From contig CAWDLW010000008.1 in assembly GCA_963803145.1 (NCBI GenBank), positions 1 through 64,000 on the forward strand: DNA of 64,000 nucleotides, in the 5' to 3' direction. Below, one piece after another: positions 41,718 to 52,825 of this stretch. The position numbers were made by a program, and so were the translations under genes. The notes beneath the pieces were generated by a model. That model had not been told where the DNA came from. It was given only the letters and a program-made list of their open reading frames with translations, and ran no database searches. Within the stretch, counting starts at the first letter, position 1. Each line of letters starts with the position of its first letter. The DNA comes from Methanotrichaceae archaeon (lineage in GTDB: Archaea; Halobacteriota; Methanosarcinia; Methanotrichales; Methanotrichaceae).

Positions 41718-42278
41718 ATGAAGGAAACGCTGGAAGAGATTGGGGCACGTCTTCGAGAGCTGCGGGAGCTGTCGAAGGTTACAGTCGGGGAGATGTCAAA
41801 TTATCTGAAGATACCTGAGGGGACGTATAACTGCTACGAGGAGGGAAAGCTGGACATCCCTGCAAGTGTCCTGATTGAGGCCGCGCGAAGGCTGGATGTC
41901 GATGTAGGACTTCTGCTGACGGGCCAAGAGCCAAAGATGAATATATACACAGTAACTCGGAGTGGCGAAGGGACTGAGGCAGAGCGCAGGAAGCAGTATA
42001 GATACCAGAGCCTCGCGGGGAAGTTCATGCATAAAAAGGCTGAGATCTTCATCGTGACTGTCGAGCCGAGGATTGGCATGGCGGTTGATAAGCCGTCTAT
42101 TTACAGCCATAAAGGGCAGGAATTCGATTACGTCCTGGAAGGAACTATTAAGATACATATCCGAGATCAAGAGGTAGTATTGAACGAGGGAGATTCCATA
42201 TTCTTCGATTCTTCATACGGCCATATAATGGAAGCCCTCGATAATAAACCGGTCAAGATGTTGGCTGTTGTCATGTAG
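41718..42278 (+). CDS. XRE-family HTH + cupin transcription regulator
   Basis: [13 protein letters not shown]; [20 protein letters not shown]. Confidence 0.9.
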   Translation: MKETLEEIGARLRELRELSKVTVGEMSNYLKIPEGTYNCYEEGKLDIPASVLIEAARRLDVDVGLLLTGQEPKMNIYTVTRSGEGTEAERRKQYRYQSLAGKFMHKKAEIFIVTVEPRIGMAVDKPSIYSHKGQEFDYVLEGTIKIHIRDQEVVLNEGDSIFFDSSYGHIMEALDNKPVKMLAVVM

Positions 42279-42294
42279 AAGAAAGGGATATAAA

Positions 42295-44205
42295 ATGTCA
42301 ACATTGCTAAGTAGATTCGTCTCAAGGGTAGATTTCGAATCATACGATGATTTCGAAAACAATTTCAAGATAATTGTACCGGAGAACTTCAATTTCGCCT
42401 ATGATGTTGTGGATGTATATGCAAAAGAACACCCTGAAAAGATCGCACTCGTATGGTGTAATGATAATAATGAAGAGAAAATCCTCAACTTCAAGGAATT
42501 GAAGCTTCTGAGCGATAAAGCTGCAAATCTATTCAAAAAATACGGAATAAAGAAGGGCGACACTGTAATGCTCACCCTGAAGAGCCGATGGGAGTTCTGG
42601 GTATGCATGGTCGGCCTGAACAAAATTGGAGCAATATCAATTCCTTCCACCCACATGCTGAAACAGAAGGATTTTGTCTATCGCATCAAGAAGGCAGACT
42701 TGAAGATGATCGTTTGTATTGCGGGAGACGGGGTGCCGGAGGAGTTTGATGCTGCATATAACCAGCTGGGCAGACCGGCCTTGACCCGCGCCTTAGTTGG
42801 AAGTCCTGATCTGTTGAGAGATGGCTGGATTAACTTCAATGCCGAGCTTGAAGAGATGTCCTCCGATTTCCCGAGGCCTACAGGCGAAGAGGCCACTAAG
42901 AACAGCGATATAATTCTCGCCTACTTCACATCAGGCACGACTGGCTATCCCAAGATGGTAAGGCATGATCAGACCTATCCTCTGGGACATATCCTCACCG
43001 CAAAATACTGGCAGAACGTAGGCGATGACGGCCTGCATTACACCGTAGCAGATACCGGCTGGGCAAAATGCGCCTGGGGAAAGATCTATGGACAATGGAT
43101 CGCAGGATCGGCAGTCTTCACATATGATTACGACAGGTTCGATGCCGGAAGGATGATGGATATGATGGCCAAATACGGGGTCACAACCTTCTGTGCGCCG
43201 CCGACGATCTTTAGATTCATGATCAAAAGCGATATGTCAAAGTATGATTTCTCTACCCTAAAGTATGCTGTGACTGCAGGAGAACCTCTGAATCCGACGG
43301 TCTATGAAAAGTTCCTTGAGACTACGGGCTTAAAGCTGATGGAGGGTTTCGGCCAGACAGAGACCGTCGTCTTCATAGCAAATTATCCCTGGGTCAATCC
43401 CAGGCCTGGATCGATGGGCAGGTCCGCTCCCGGATTCGATATAGTCTTAGTTGGCAAGAACGATAAAGTCTGTGAGGTGGGCGAAGAGGGCGAGATAGTC
43501 ATTAAAACCGACAAAGGAAAGCCCGTCGGCGTATTCACAGATTACCATTTAGATCCCGATAAGACAAAGAATACCTGGCATGATGATTACTATCATACCG
43601 GCGATACAGCATGGAAGGACGAGGATGGTTATTTCTGGTTTGTCGGCCGGACAGACGATATGATAAAGACCTCAGGCTATCGTGTAGGGCCCTTTGAGGT
43701 TGAGAGCGCTCTAATGTCGCATCCCGCTGTTTTGGAGGTAGCCATAACTGGGGTTCCAGATTCTGTAAGGGGGCAGGTAGTCAAGGCAACTGTAGTCCTT
43801 ACCAAGGGCTATACACCCTCAGAGGAGCTGAAGAAGGAGCTTCAGAATCACGTTAAAAGTGTGACTGCCCCATACAAATATCCACGAATTATTGAATTCG
43901 TTGAAGAGCTGCCGAAGACAATCAGCGGAAAAATAAGACGTGTTGAGATCAGAGAGAAAGATAAGCCCTATCCTTTGATCAACGTGAAAGAGTGCAAAGC
44001 ATGCGAGAGATGTATCGTAGATTGTCCTGCGAACGTTCTGAAGCTTAGCAATGAGTTAAACGAGAGGGGCTACCGCTATGCTGTCTACTCCGGGGATGGC
44101 TGCATAGGCTGCGGCGCTTGCTTCTATACATGTCCTGAGCCGCTAGCTATACAGGTCCATATCCCACAGAAGGAGAGAGTCGAAGCTCTGGAGAAGGCGA
44201 GTTGA
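42295..44205 (+). CDS. Medium/branched-chain acyl-CoA synthetase fused to C-terminal 2[4Fe-4S] ferredoxin (VorC-like)
   Basis: [32 protein letters not shown], then [12 protein letters not shown] and [12 protein letters not shown]. Confidence 0.9.
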   Translation: MSTLLSRFVSRVDFESYDDFENNFKIIVPENFNFAYDVVDVYAKEHPEKIALVWCNDNNEEKILNFKELKLLSDKAANLFKKYGIKKGDTVMLTLKSRWEFWVCMVGLNKIGAISIPSTHMLKQKDFVYRIKKADLKMIVCIAGDGVPEEFDAAYNQLGRPALTRALVGSPDLLRDGWINFNAELEEMSSDFPRPTGEEATKNSDIILAYFTSGTTGYPKMVRHDQTYPLGHILTAKYWQNVGDDGLHYTVADTGWAKCAWGKIYGQWIAGSAVFTYDYDRFDAGRMMDMMAKYGVTTFCAPPTIFRFMIKSDMSKYDFSTLKYAVTAGEPLNPTVYEKFLETTGLKLMEGFGQTETVVFIANYPWVNPRPGSMGRSAPGFDIVLVGKNDKVCEVGEEGEIVIKTDKGKPVGVFTDYHLDPDKTKNTWHDDYYHTGDTAWKDEDGYFWFVGRTDDMIKTSGYRVGPFEVESALMSHPAVLEVAITGVPDSVRGQVVKATVVLTKGYTPSEELKKELQNHVKSVTAPYKYPRIIEFVEELPKTISGKIRRVEIREKDKPYPLINVKECKACERCIVDCPANVLKLSNELNERGYRYAVYSGDGCIGCGACFYTCPEPLAIQVHIPQKERVEALEKAS

Positions 44206-44206
44206 A

Positions 44207-45250
44207 ATGGCTTCCAAGTTAGTTGCAGGAAACAGCGCAGTAATAATCGGAGCAATGTATGCTGGCTGTGATTGCTTCTTCGGCTATCCAATAACCCCGG
44301 CGAGCGAGATATTGCAGGATGCATCCCGCTACTTTCCGCTGGCAGGCAGGAAGTTTGTGCAAGCGGAATCTGAAGAGGCAGCGATAAATATGGTCTATGG
44401 CGCAGCTGGCACAGGCCACAGAGTCCTGGCCGCTTCGTCTGGGCCCGGCATGAGCCTGAAACAGGAAGGCATAACTTACATAGCGGGAGCTGAGCTGCCC
44501 TGTGTTATCGTAGATATTTGCCGTGCTGGTCCAGGTCTCGGAAATATTGGGCCGGAGCAATCGGACTACAATCAGGCATGTAAAGGTGGAGGACATGGCT
44601 GTTATAATAATATCGTTCTAGCTCCGAACAGCGTTCAAGAGATGTGCGACATCACAATGAAAGCGTTTGATCTGGCCTTTAAGTATCGCAATCCGACCGT
44701 AGTCCTTGCAGATGGCGTCTTAGGCCATATGGTCGAGCCCCTCAGGTTCCCGGAGATTGCTGTAGAGCCGACCATTGATACCTCCTGGGCTGTGAGCGGT
44801 AACGCCAGTACCCGCAAGAACCTCATTACATCTATTGCGTTGGACTTCGATGAGCTGGAGGCGCATAACCTCAAGCTCCAAAAAAAGTATGAGGAGATAA
44901 AAAAGAATGAGGTTGCCTATGAGGGCTATAGATTGGACGATGCAGAAGTAGTGCTCGTGTCCTATGGAATCAGCAGCCGCATCGCTCGATCTGCAGTGGA
45001 TGCTGCAAGACGCGAAGGCATCAAGGCTGGCCTCTTCCGGCCAATTACGCTTTTCCCATTCCCGGAGAATGAGATTGAAGCTCTCGCGAATAAAGGCTGC
45101 AAATTCATATCTGTAGAGATGAGCAACGGAATGATGCGGGATGATATCCGATTAGCTGCAGCCTGTGCCCCAGTAGAATTAATAAACCGCTACGGAGGGC
45201 GTCTCGTTCAGATTGACAAGCTTATGGATAAGATAAGGGAGGTGGCCTGA
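44207..45250 (+). CDS. vorB: 2-ketoisovalerate:ferredoxin oxidoreductase, alpha-type subunit
   Basis: [35 protein letters not shown]. Confidence 0.88.
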   Translation: MASKLVAGNSAVIIGAMYAGCDCFFGYPITPASEILQDASRYFPLAGRKFVQAESEEAAINMVYGAAGTGHRVLAASSGPGMSLKQEGITYIAGAELPCVIVDICRAGPGLGNIGPEQSDYNQACKGGGHGCYNNIVLAPNSVQEMCDITMKAFDLAFKYRNPTVVLADGVLGHMVEPLRFPEIAVEPTIDTSWAVSGNASTRKNLITSIALDFDELEAHNLKLQKKYEEIKKNEVAYEGYRLDDAEVVLVSYGISSRIARSAVDAARREGIKAGLFRPITLFPFPENEIEALANKGCKFISVEMSNGMMRDDIRLAAACAPVELINRYGGRLVQIDKLMDKIREVA

Positions 45251-46696
45251 ATGGCGGCCAAAGAAAAGCTTATCGGAGGACCTCGCGGAATTTATGAGGA
45301 GTTTTCCAGGAAAGGTGGGGCAGCGCCCACTGCTACTCATTACTGTCCTGGATGTGGACATGGTGTACTGCATAAGCTTATCGGCGAAGCCATGACTGAT
45401 CTGGGCATACAGGATCGCTGTATAGTCTTAAGCCCAGTGGGCTGTGCGGTGTTCGCATACTATTACTTGGATTGCGGTCATATGCAGTGCGCCCACGGCA
45501 GAGCTCCGGCAATAGCCACAGGCATATCCAGGGCAGAGGATAATGCAATAGTCATGTCCTATCAGGGAGACGGCGATTTGGCATCGATTGGACTTAACGA
45601 AACGATACAAGCTGCCAACAGGGGAGAGAAGCTGGCTGTCTTCTTCATAAATAACACCGTCTACGGTATGACTGGCGGCCAGATGGCGCCTACAACTCTG
45701 ATAGGCGAGGTGACAGCCACAACGCCTGTTGGGCGTAATCCCCAGGACATGGGCTATCCTATCCATATCTGTGAGATTCTAGATACGTTAAAAGCGCCTG
45801 TTTTCATTGAGCGAGTGTCGCTTTCAGACATTGAGCACGTTCGGAAGGCCAGGCGCGCAGTCAGAAAGGCATTAGAAATCCAGAAGGATAAAAGGGGCTA
45901 CGCGTTTGTGGAGTTCCTCTCGCCATGTCCGACTATTCTGAGGATGGATGTTAGAGGTGTCCGGAAGTTCATCAATGAGCAGATGGAAAAGGAGTTCCCG
46001 CTCAAGAAATTTAGAGATAGATCGTCAGAGGCCCAACCAATCGTGAGACAGCAGAGCGATTTCTCTAAGGAATCCCTGGACAAGGTCTTTGGATCTAAAG
46101 AGCATTTATCTGTGGACTTTGCGAACGACCCGGACTTTGAGCTGAAGGGTGTGAAGATTGCCGGCTTCGGCGGTCAGGGAGTGCTCAGCATGGGCCTGGC
46201 TCTAGCGCAGGCAGCTTTTGGGACAGGCAGATATGTCTCATGGTACCCCGACTACGGCCCTGAGCAGCGAGGTGGCACGTCTAACTGCTCTGTCACCATT
46301 TCAGGCCAGCCAATCGGCTCTCCCGTGATTGATCATCCAGACGTGCTTGTGGCATTCAATCGGCCTTCGCTGGATAAGTTTGCCTCAACTGTTAAGAAGG
46401 GTGGTCTGATCCTTTACGATTCATTAGCAGGTGAGTTCAGGCCGCCAGAAGGAATTAGAGCCATATCGGTCCCTGCAACTCAGATTGCGACAGAGAAGGG
46501 AATTCAGCAGGCAGCAAATACTGCCATGTTTGGCGCTCTGATGCAGGCAGGAAATCTGGGGCTGCCGCGTGAGGCATACGGCAACGCCTTTAAGGTGACC
46601 TTTGCTAAGAAGCCCGAGCTTATATCTCTGAACTTGGAGATAATGGAGGCAGGTGCCCAGGCAGTGAAGGTGCTGGAAATGGTTGCCCGCAGATGA
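45251..46696 (+). CDS. vorA: 2-ketoisovalerate:ferredoxin oxidoreductase, fused beta (TPP)/gamma subunit
   Basis: [13 protein letters not shown]...[23 protein letters not shown]. Confidence 0.88.
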   Translation: MAAKEKLIGGPRGIYEEFSRKGGAAPTATHYCPGCGHGVLHKLIGEAMTDLGIQDRCIVLSPVGCAVFAYYYLDCGHMQCAHGRAPAIATGISRAEDNAIVMSYQGDGDLASIGLNETIQAANRGEKLAVFFINNTVYGMTGGQMAPTTLIGEVTATTPVGRNPQDMGYPIHICEILDTLKAPVFIERVSLSDIEHVRKARRAVRKALEIQKDKRGYAFVEFLSPCPTILRMDVRGVRKFINEQMEKEFPLKKFRDRSSEAQPIVRQQSDFSKESLDKVFGSKEHLSVDFANDPDFELKGVKIAGFGGQGVLSMGLALAQAAFGTGRYVSWYPDYGPEQRGGTSNCSVTISGQPIGSPVIDHPDVLVAFNRPSLDKFASTVKKGGLILYDSLAGEFRPPEGIRAISVPATQIATEKGIQQAANTAMFGALMQAGNLGLPREAYGNAFKVTFAKKPELISLNLEIMEAGAQAVKVLEMVARR

Positions 46697-46697
46697 G

Positions 46698-46735
46698 AAA
46701 GTATATCTACTCCTGAAAGGGAGTGAATATACTTT
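46698..46735 (+). terminator. Hairpin with GAAA loop after vor operon
   Basis: AAAGTATAT.ACTCCT-GAAA-GGGAGT.ATATACTTT directly after the stop codon. Confidence 0.5.
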
Positions 46736-47068
46736 TAATAATTTTAATTTAATGCTAAGAGTACTTTATCGTAATACTCCGATGCTATGCAGTGAGGATA
46801 AAATGCTCATAGTGCAATTTGAGGTTTGATAAGTTAGCTTGTTTGCATCATTACTATCTTAATACTATTAAATTAATAGTTGCTAGAGTTATCTATTGCT
46901 ATACTTACCTCCCTTGAATGAACCATTAATTAGCATTCTATTCAAATCTTTCTTGTGATATTTTCACCAATGTATTAGACATATCTCTTGTTTTTTAGTA
47001 ATACAGTAAAATATTTAACCTAGAACTTTAAACTTATAACTAAAGAATTATCTGAAAGGAGTAGTACT

Positions 47069-50000
47069 ATGTCAATGAAAGAGGCTTTGAAGGGGGGAGC
47101 TATTACGGTCTTGGTATTGCTGGCCTTGGTTGGGGTCACTTTGGCTCAGCAAGACCTATCCGTGACAAGCATCGCCTCTAAAGATAATGTAAAACCTGGT
47201 GAACAGATAATATATAATATTGGTGTGACGAACAATGGGGTTGGACCAGTTTATGATGTTACTGTGACAGATAAGCTTCCGCCAGAGGCAACCTATGTAT
47301 CAACTACCGCTGAAAAAGTTATAACGACACCTCAAGGCGGAGCACTTCCTACTAATACGCTGGAAGCGATCTTCGATGTAATTCCCGCCGGTCAGACAAA
47401 ATCATTTAATATCACAATTACTGCACCGACGGCAGAAGAGCCTGTGATTCTTTACAATTATGTCCTTGTTAGGGCTAGAAACGTTGATCAGAACATTTTC
47501 AAGGAGACTAAGACTATTGTAATGCCTGACTATAATAAGTTTAGGGCTGTGAGGAGTCTCCAGGATCTGCTTATTAATCAGTCACACCTTCTATTGAGCT
47601 TCGAGGATTTACTGCATATGGTATCTCAGAACAATACTGAACATGTATCGTTCCTTCAGAGCTTCGAGCAATTGCTGAAGACTCAGACCGTTTTGATATC
47701 TGGCTTCCAGAACCTGCTCTATTCACCTGATCAGAGCGGATGGACTAACGCATTCACGAATGAGCAGAAGATCGAATTCCTCATGTGCTATGAGGAGATG
47801 CTCAAGAAAGAAGCCTTCCTCTTCTCCAGCTTCGAGGATATCTTAAAGAAGAACTGGTGCAGTGCGGGCGATATAAACACTAAGAAGGAGTTTCTTGCCA
47901 GCTTTGAAGATCTGCTTCATAAACAAGTGACACTTTACAGCAGCTTTGAGACACTACTGCAGAGGCTAGGATTGAACGATAGCAGTGTGTATACATACGG
48001 CGGTGTTACAAAGACGGGAACCGCATGGAAGGTGCAGTTCCTTGGCAGCTTCGAGGCGCTTCTCAGGCTTCAGTCTGATCTGCTGCTGAGCTTCCAGGAA
48101 CTAATGAATGCCCCCCCATGTGACCCGGGAATTACGATAAATAAGACAGCAATTTGGAGCAAGTGTGATGATTGCAACCAATGGGTAATCTATACAATCA
48201 CAGTCACTAATACGGGCCCCAACAACATTACAGGAGCCAATCTTACCGATTATTACCCGGATGGTGCTCATTTCTCAAAGAAATATAATCCTAACTGGAT
48301 AAATAACGGAGACGGCACTCTGAGTTACAGTATCGGAACTATTGAAGTAAATAGAACCATGGTAGTGAGCCTGAATCTCTTTATGCCTCCTGGTTTGGGT
48401 CTAGGGCCATTTGTGAACAATGTCTGTGTTGATTCAAACGAGCGTGTGAGGGTTTGCAGTTCAGTGAGCATTAGCAGAAATAAGACATGTCCAGGAATTG
48501 TAGTGAACAAGACTGCCATTTGGGGCACGTGCAACAATGGTTTCCAGAATGCAATCTATACAATTAAAGTAGCCAATAAGGGATTATGTAACGCCACCGG
48601 GGTTAGGCTCATCGACACATATCCAGCCGGTGCAGGGTTCTCAGCGGCCGAGAATCCAGACTGGACAGATAATATGAATGGAACACTAACTTACAACCGT
48701 ACAGTTATACCTGTAAATACCAGTATTGCTGTACAATTAGTTCTCAACTTCTCCAATAGTATGGGACTTGGGCCATTCAATAACACAGTTTGTGCCTATA
48801 CAAATGAGTTTCCGAGAGTCTGCAGCTCAGTGAATATTAGAAGAGACAATGTATGTCCAGTTCCGGGAATTCAAGTGACCAAGACAGGTCAGTGGGGCGA
48901 TTGCAAGAATGGAGTCCAGAATGCGACCTATACAATCAAAGTCATCAACACGGGCAACACTACTATAACAGGAGTTAAGCTCCTCGATACATATCCAGCA
49001 GGTGCTACGTTCGACTCTGTACAGAACCCCCTCTGGACGAAGAATGTGAATGGCACATTGACTTACAGCCATGGAGATATAATAGCTCCAAGCAATACTC
49101 TTACTGTACCATTGATTCTCGGCTTCTCCAATAGTATGGGACTCGGGCCATTTGTGAACAAGGTCTGTGCCTATACGAACGAGATCCCTGGAGTTTGCGC
49201 CTTTGGAAACATCAGCAGAGATCAGTTATGCCCAGTTTCGAAGATTGAAGTTACCAAGACAGGTCAGTGGGGCAATTGTAAGAATGGAATCCAGAATGCG
49301 ACCTATACAATCAAAGTCATCAACACGGGCACCACTACCATAACAGGAGTTAAGCTCCTCGATACATATCCAGCAGGTGCTACGTTCGACTCTGTACAGA
49401 ACCCCCTCTGGACGAAGAATGTGAATGGCACATTGACTTACAGCCATGGAGATATAATAGCTCCAAGCAATACTCTTACTGTACCATTGATTCTCGGCTT
49501 CTCCAATAGTATGGGTCTCGGGCCATTTGTGAACAGGGTTTGTGCCTATACGAACGAGATTCCGGGAGTTTGCACCTTTGGAAACATCAGCAGAGATCAG
49601 TTATGCCCAATAATTGAAGTAACAAAGACAGCTGTTTGGAGCGATTGTAAGAATGGAGTCCAGAATGCGACCTATACAATCAAAGTCAGTAATATGGGCT
49701 CTACAACTGTAACAGGAGTTAAGCTCCTCGATACATATCCAGTTGGTGCTATGTTCGATTCTGTACAGAACCCCCTCTGGACGAAGAATGTAAATGACAC
49801 ACTGACTTACAGCCATGGAGATATAATAGCTCCAAGCAACACTCTGACTGTATCACTGATTCTCGGCTTCTCTAATAGTATGGGTCTCGGGCCATTTGTG
49901 AACAGGGTTTGTGCCTATACAAACGAGGTTCCGGGAGTTTGCGCCTTTGGAAACATCAGCAGAGATCAGTTATGCCCAGTTTCGAAGATTGGAGTTACCA

Positions 50001-50743
50001 AGACGGGTCAGTGGGGCGATTGTAAGAATGGAATCCAGAACGCGACCTATACAATCAAAGTCAGTAATACGGGCACCACTACCATAACAGGAGTTAAGCT
50101 CCTCGATACATATCCAGTTGGTGCTACATTCGATTCTGTACAGAACCCCCTCTGGACGAAGAATATAAATGGTACACTGACTTACAGCCATGGAGATATA
50201 ATAGCTCCAAGCAATACTCTTACTGTACCATTGATTCTCGGCTTCTCCAATAGTATGGGACTAGGGCCATTTGTGAACAGGGTTTGTGCCTATACGAACG
50301 AGGTTCCGGGAGTTTGCACCTTTGGAAACATCAGCAGAGATCAGTTATGCCCAGTCTCAGGAATTCAAGTGATTAAGACAGGTCAGTGGGTCCTATGTGA
50401 TAATTATACAGGGTATTGGATCACCGTCAGTAATCATGGCGATAAAGATGCAACCGGGGTAAAGCTCACAGATTATCCTCCAGCTGTTGCGGAGTTCGAT
50501 GGAGTTCAGAACCCTGGCTGGACAAAAAATAACACAGACGGCACGCTAACCTACAATCTATCAGACTTGCGTTCAAAAACGGATAGCTTCCCAGTGCCTT
50601 TGACACTCTTTATAAGCAAGATCTACGGACCTGGGCCTTTTATGAACAAAGTTTGTGTTGATACACATGAGTATGCTAGGAATTGCACTACATATAATCT
50701 CAGCAGGGTTGTTAGTTCCACAGGTGAATGCATAGATGGCTAA
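47069..50743 (+). CDS. Large secreted protein: DUF11-like domain, five SFEDLL helical repeats, seven Cys-containing DUF11-like repeats
   Basis: Signal peptide; YxIxVxNxG...VxLxDxYPxGA motif repeated; SD AAGGAG. Confidence 0.85.
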   Translation: MSMKEALKGGAITVLVLLALVGVTLAQQDLSVTSIASKDNVKPGEQIIYNIGVTNNGVGPVYDVTVTDKLPPEATYVSTTAEKVITTPQGGALPTNTLEAIFDVIPAGQTKSFNITITAPTAEEPVILYNYVLVRARNVDQNIFKETKTIVMPDYNKFRAVRSLQDLLINQSHLLLSFEDLLHMVSQNNTEHVSFLQSFEQLLKTQTVLISGFQNLLYSPDQSGWTNAFTNEQKIEFLMCYEEMLKKEAFLFSSFEDILKKNWCSAGDINTKKEFLASFEDLLHKQVTLYSSFETLLQRLGLNDSSVYTYGGVTKTGTAWKVQFLGSFEALLRLQSDLLLSFQELMNAPPCDPGITINKTAIWSKCDDCNQWVIYTITVTNTGPNNITGANLTDYYPDGAHFSKKYNPNWINNGDGTLSYSIGTIEVNRTMVVSLNLFMPPGLGLGPFVNNVCVDSNERVRVCSSVSISRNKTCPGIVVNKTAIWGTCNNGFQNAIYTIKVANKGLCNATGVRLIDTYPAGAGFSAAENPDWTDNMNGTLTYNRTVIPVNTSIAVQLVLNFSNSMGLGPFNNTVCAYTNEFPRVCSSVNIRRDNVCPVPGIQVTKTGQWGDCKNGVQNATYTIKVINTGNTTITGVKLLDTYPAGATFDSVQNPLWTKNVNGTLTYSHGDIIAPSNTLTVPLILGFSNSMGLGPFVNKVCAYTNEIPGVCAFGNISRDQLCPVSKIEVTKTGQWGNCKNGIQNATYTIKVINTGTTTITGVKLLDTYPAGATFDSVQNPLWTKNVNGTLTYSHGDIIAPSNTLTVPLILGFSNSMGLGPFVNRVCAYTNEIPGVCTFGNISRDQLCPIIEVTKTAVWSDCKNGVQNATYTIKVSNMGSTTVTGVKLLDTYPVGAMFDSVQNPLWTKNVNDTLTYSHGDIIAPSNTLTVSLILGFSNSMGLGPFVNRVCAYTNEVPGVCAFGNISRDQLCPVSKIGVTKTGQWGDCKNGIQNATYTIKVSNTGTTTITGVKLLDTYPVGATFDSVQNPLWTKNINGTLTYSHGDIIAPSNTLTVPLILGFSNSMGLGPFVNRVCAYTNEVPGVCTFGNISRDQLCPVSGIQVIKTGQWVLCDNYTGYWITVSNHGDKDATGVKLTDYPPAVAEFDGVQNPGWTKNNTDGTLTYNLSDLRSKTDSFPVPLTLFISKIYGPGPFMNKVCVDTHEYARNCTTYNLSRVVSSTGECIDG
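48866..50365 (+). repeat. Four near-identical in-frame tandem units of 369-375 bp
   Basis: AAGAC anchor recurs at 48881, 49256, 49625, 50000 and 50375, with near-identical DNA between. Confidence 0.9.
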
Positions 50744-50772
50744 ATCCATATAGCTATAGACGATAAAAGGTT

Positions 50773-50800
50773 AGGTTATCACTCTTCGGAGTGGTAACTT
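50773..50800 (+). terminator. Hairpin with C(UUCG)G loop
   Basis: AGGTTATCACTC-TTCG-GAGTGGTAACTT followed by a T-rich tract. Confidence 0.55.
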
Positions 50801-51292
50801 ATATTTTATTATTAACTAGTATTCGAGACTGCCAAGACACAAACAAAGCCCGAACGCCAGAGAGATGTTAATATGGTATCCAAAAGAGACAATGGTAAAT
50901 TGATTTCCCTTATCTTAAATTCATTGTTCATAAATGGCATTCTCACTATCTCTCAATCATATTTCGCTCTATTTATCGAAAGGTGTGAACTAGTTCTGAA
51001 ATTGCTCTTTCATTCTTTTGGGAATATACTCGTTAGGAATATACTGGTTGATTTGTCCGTTTTGATTCGTTACAGGTATCTTAGAATCGATGATCGCGAT
51101 ATTATGCCAAATTCTATATCAGATTACAATTTAGATCGCTCCATAACGTATGTATTAGCTATCTTAAATCCTCCTCAAAATGGATTGAATAACTCTTCAA
51201 AATCATATTTATATCAAGTTAAAAGTTTGAGGAATTTGCATGAACAATTATTACGGCCATCGCCTTTAGAAGCAATCATAGAAAGCCATTAT

Positions 51293-52771
51293 ATGCTGTA
51301 TAAAGCATTTTGTGATGTTATAAAATTCACCTTGATATTAGGGATATCAACAGCTGTATTCAGCCAGAATATGATCATTCAAGATGCGAGTGCTGCCTCA
51401 GTCGATTCTTCTTTTATGGACAGTCTTGGGGATCTGCTGAACGATGAGGCAAATCTTTTGTCCAGTTTCGACTACCTCATTCATAATACTACGACAACTA
51501 CTGAGGAGAGGGTAGGATTCATTGATAGCTTCGATGATCTGCTCAGGAGACAGGCTACGCTTTTCAGCGGGTTCGATGATCTTTTAAAGACGCACTGGAA
51601 CAGCATGGATATCGAAGAGCAAGAAAAATTTCTAAATAACTTCAAGGATCTCCTGAAGAGGGAATCAACCCTTTATTACAAATTAGAGAGTTTAAATGAA
51701 GAAAGCTGGCAGGATATATCTTCTGAAAAGCGTGTAGAATTGCTTGCAAGCTTTGGAGATTTACTGAAAAAGCAGGCCGATCTATTGATAGCTTATGAGG
51801 AGCTGTTGAAAAATAAAGTTGGCGGGCTAACAATAGCTAATTCTGTAAATAAGCCAATAATTGATCAAGGAGAGAAGGTAACTTATACTTATGTCATAAA
51901 GAACTGGTATAAAAAGGCTGTAAAGGATGTAGTTATCATTGATGATAAACTTGGGACAGTTGCAGATAAAGTCTCCCTGAACCCTGGAGAATCAAAGTCC
52001 TTTACAAAAAGTGTTAATATTTATGATGATGCCTGTAATACTGCTACCGTTTTAGGAAAAGATCCCGACGGCAATATCACTGCGGATGACAGCGGTTTAG
52101 TTTATGTGCGCGTGAGAGGTGGAGGACTATCTGAACCTGCACAATACGGCCAATATTGCGATTCTCAGAAGATTGTAGGAACCGGCACCGTTGATGTAAA
52201 TACGGCTATAGTTGATAAAGATATAGCTCTGGAATATCGCAACAACATGGCAGGAGATGGCGATATTGAGTATAATTCAGAACATGTCCTATCCGAGAAT
52301 GCCAGCAAGCTTCAGAGACCAGTTAATGGTAAAACTGTGCCCTTAAATTTCTTTGAAGAAAACAAATTATCCTACGCTGGATCCCATCCTTTAGCTGGCC
52401 AAAAGCAGATCAACTCCAGGGAGTTTGATGGAGGAATCGGGGCAAACGTAGAAGAGAATTTCCTAGCGAACCAGATAGACAAAGATCAAACAACCTTCTT
52501 TGCATCGACTGATCCTGCAGGCCATATTTCAAATTATACTCAGGCCAAAAAAATAGATAGGATCACTCCAGTGTATTTAATCGGCACGAATATTTCAAGC
52601 CAATTCAACGGAACCTGGGGAACTGGAACTACTTGGTATAATGTACTGAAGAAGAAAATATTTGATCGCCAGAGTTTCACAGGCAACTTCGAAGCTCAAA
52701 AGCTGATAGAGATTCATGAAAGCCCCAGACCTGAGCCTCAGGCTACGCAATGTGAAGGCATCGACTGCTAA
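51293..52771 (+). CDS. Secreted protein: four SFEDLL helical repeats, one DUF11-like domain, beta-rich C-terminal domain
   Basis: Signal-like segment after ATG 51293 (track start 50873 looks like a spurious AT-rich extension); GEKVTYTYVIKN motif; ends CEGIDC. Confidence 0.75.
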   Translation: MLYKAFCDVIKFTLILGISTAVFSQNMIIQDASAASVDSSFMDSLGDLLNDEANLLSSFDYLIHNTTTTTEERVGFIDSFDDLLRRQATLFSGFDDLLKTHWNSMDIEEQEKFLNNFKDLLKRESTLYYKLESLNEESWQDISSEKRVELLASFGDLLKKQADLLIAYEELLKNKVGGLTIANSVNKPIIDQGEKVTYTYVIKNWYKKAVKDVVIIDDKLGTVADKVSLNPGESKSFTKSVNIYDDACNTATVLGKDPDGNITADDSGLVYVRVRGGGLSEPAQYGQYCDSQKIVGTGTVDVNTAIVDKDIALEYRNNMAGDGDIEYNSEHVLSENASKLQRPVNGKTVPLNFFEENKLSYAGSHPLAGQKQINSREFDGGIGANVEENFLANQIDKDQTTFFASTDPAGHISNYTQAKKIDRITPVYLIGTNISSQFNGTWGTGTTWYNVLKKKIFDRQSFTGNFEAQKLIEIHESPRPEPQATQCEGIDC

Positions 52772-52825
52772 ACTAGGCAAATCAGTATGAACTTCGGCTG
52801 ATTATCGATGATTATCGATGATATC

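Noticed and set aside
50873-51292. 140-aa N-terminal extension of the second SFEDLL protein
   Set aside because: AT-rich, intergenic-like composition; a TATA-like TTTATAT near 51208 and a signal peptide after ATG 51293 favour the later start.
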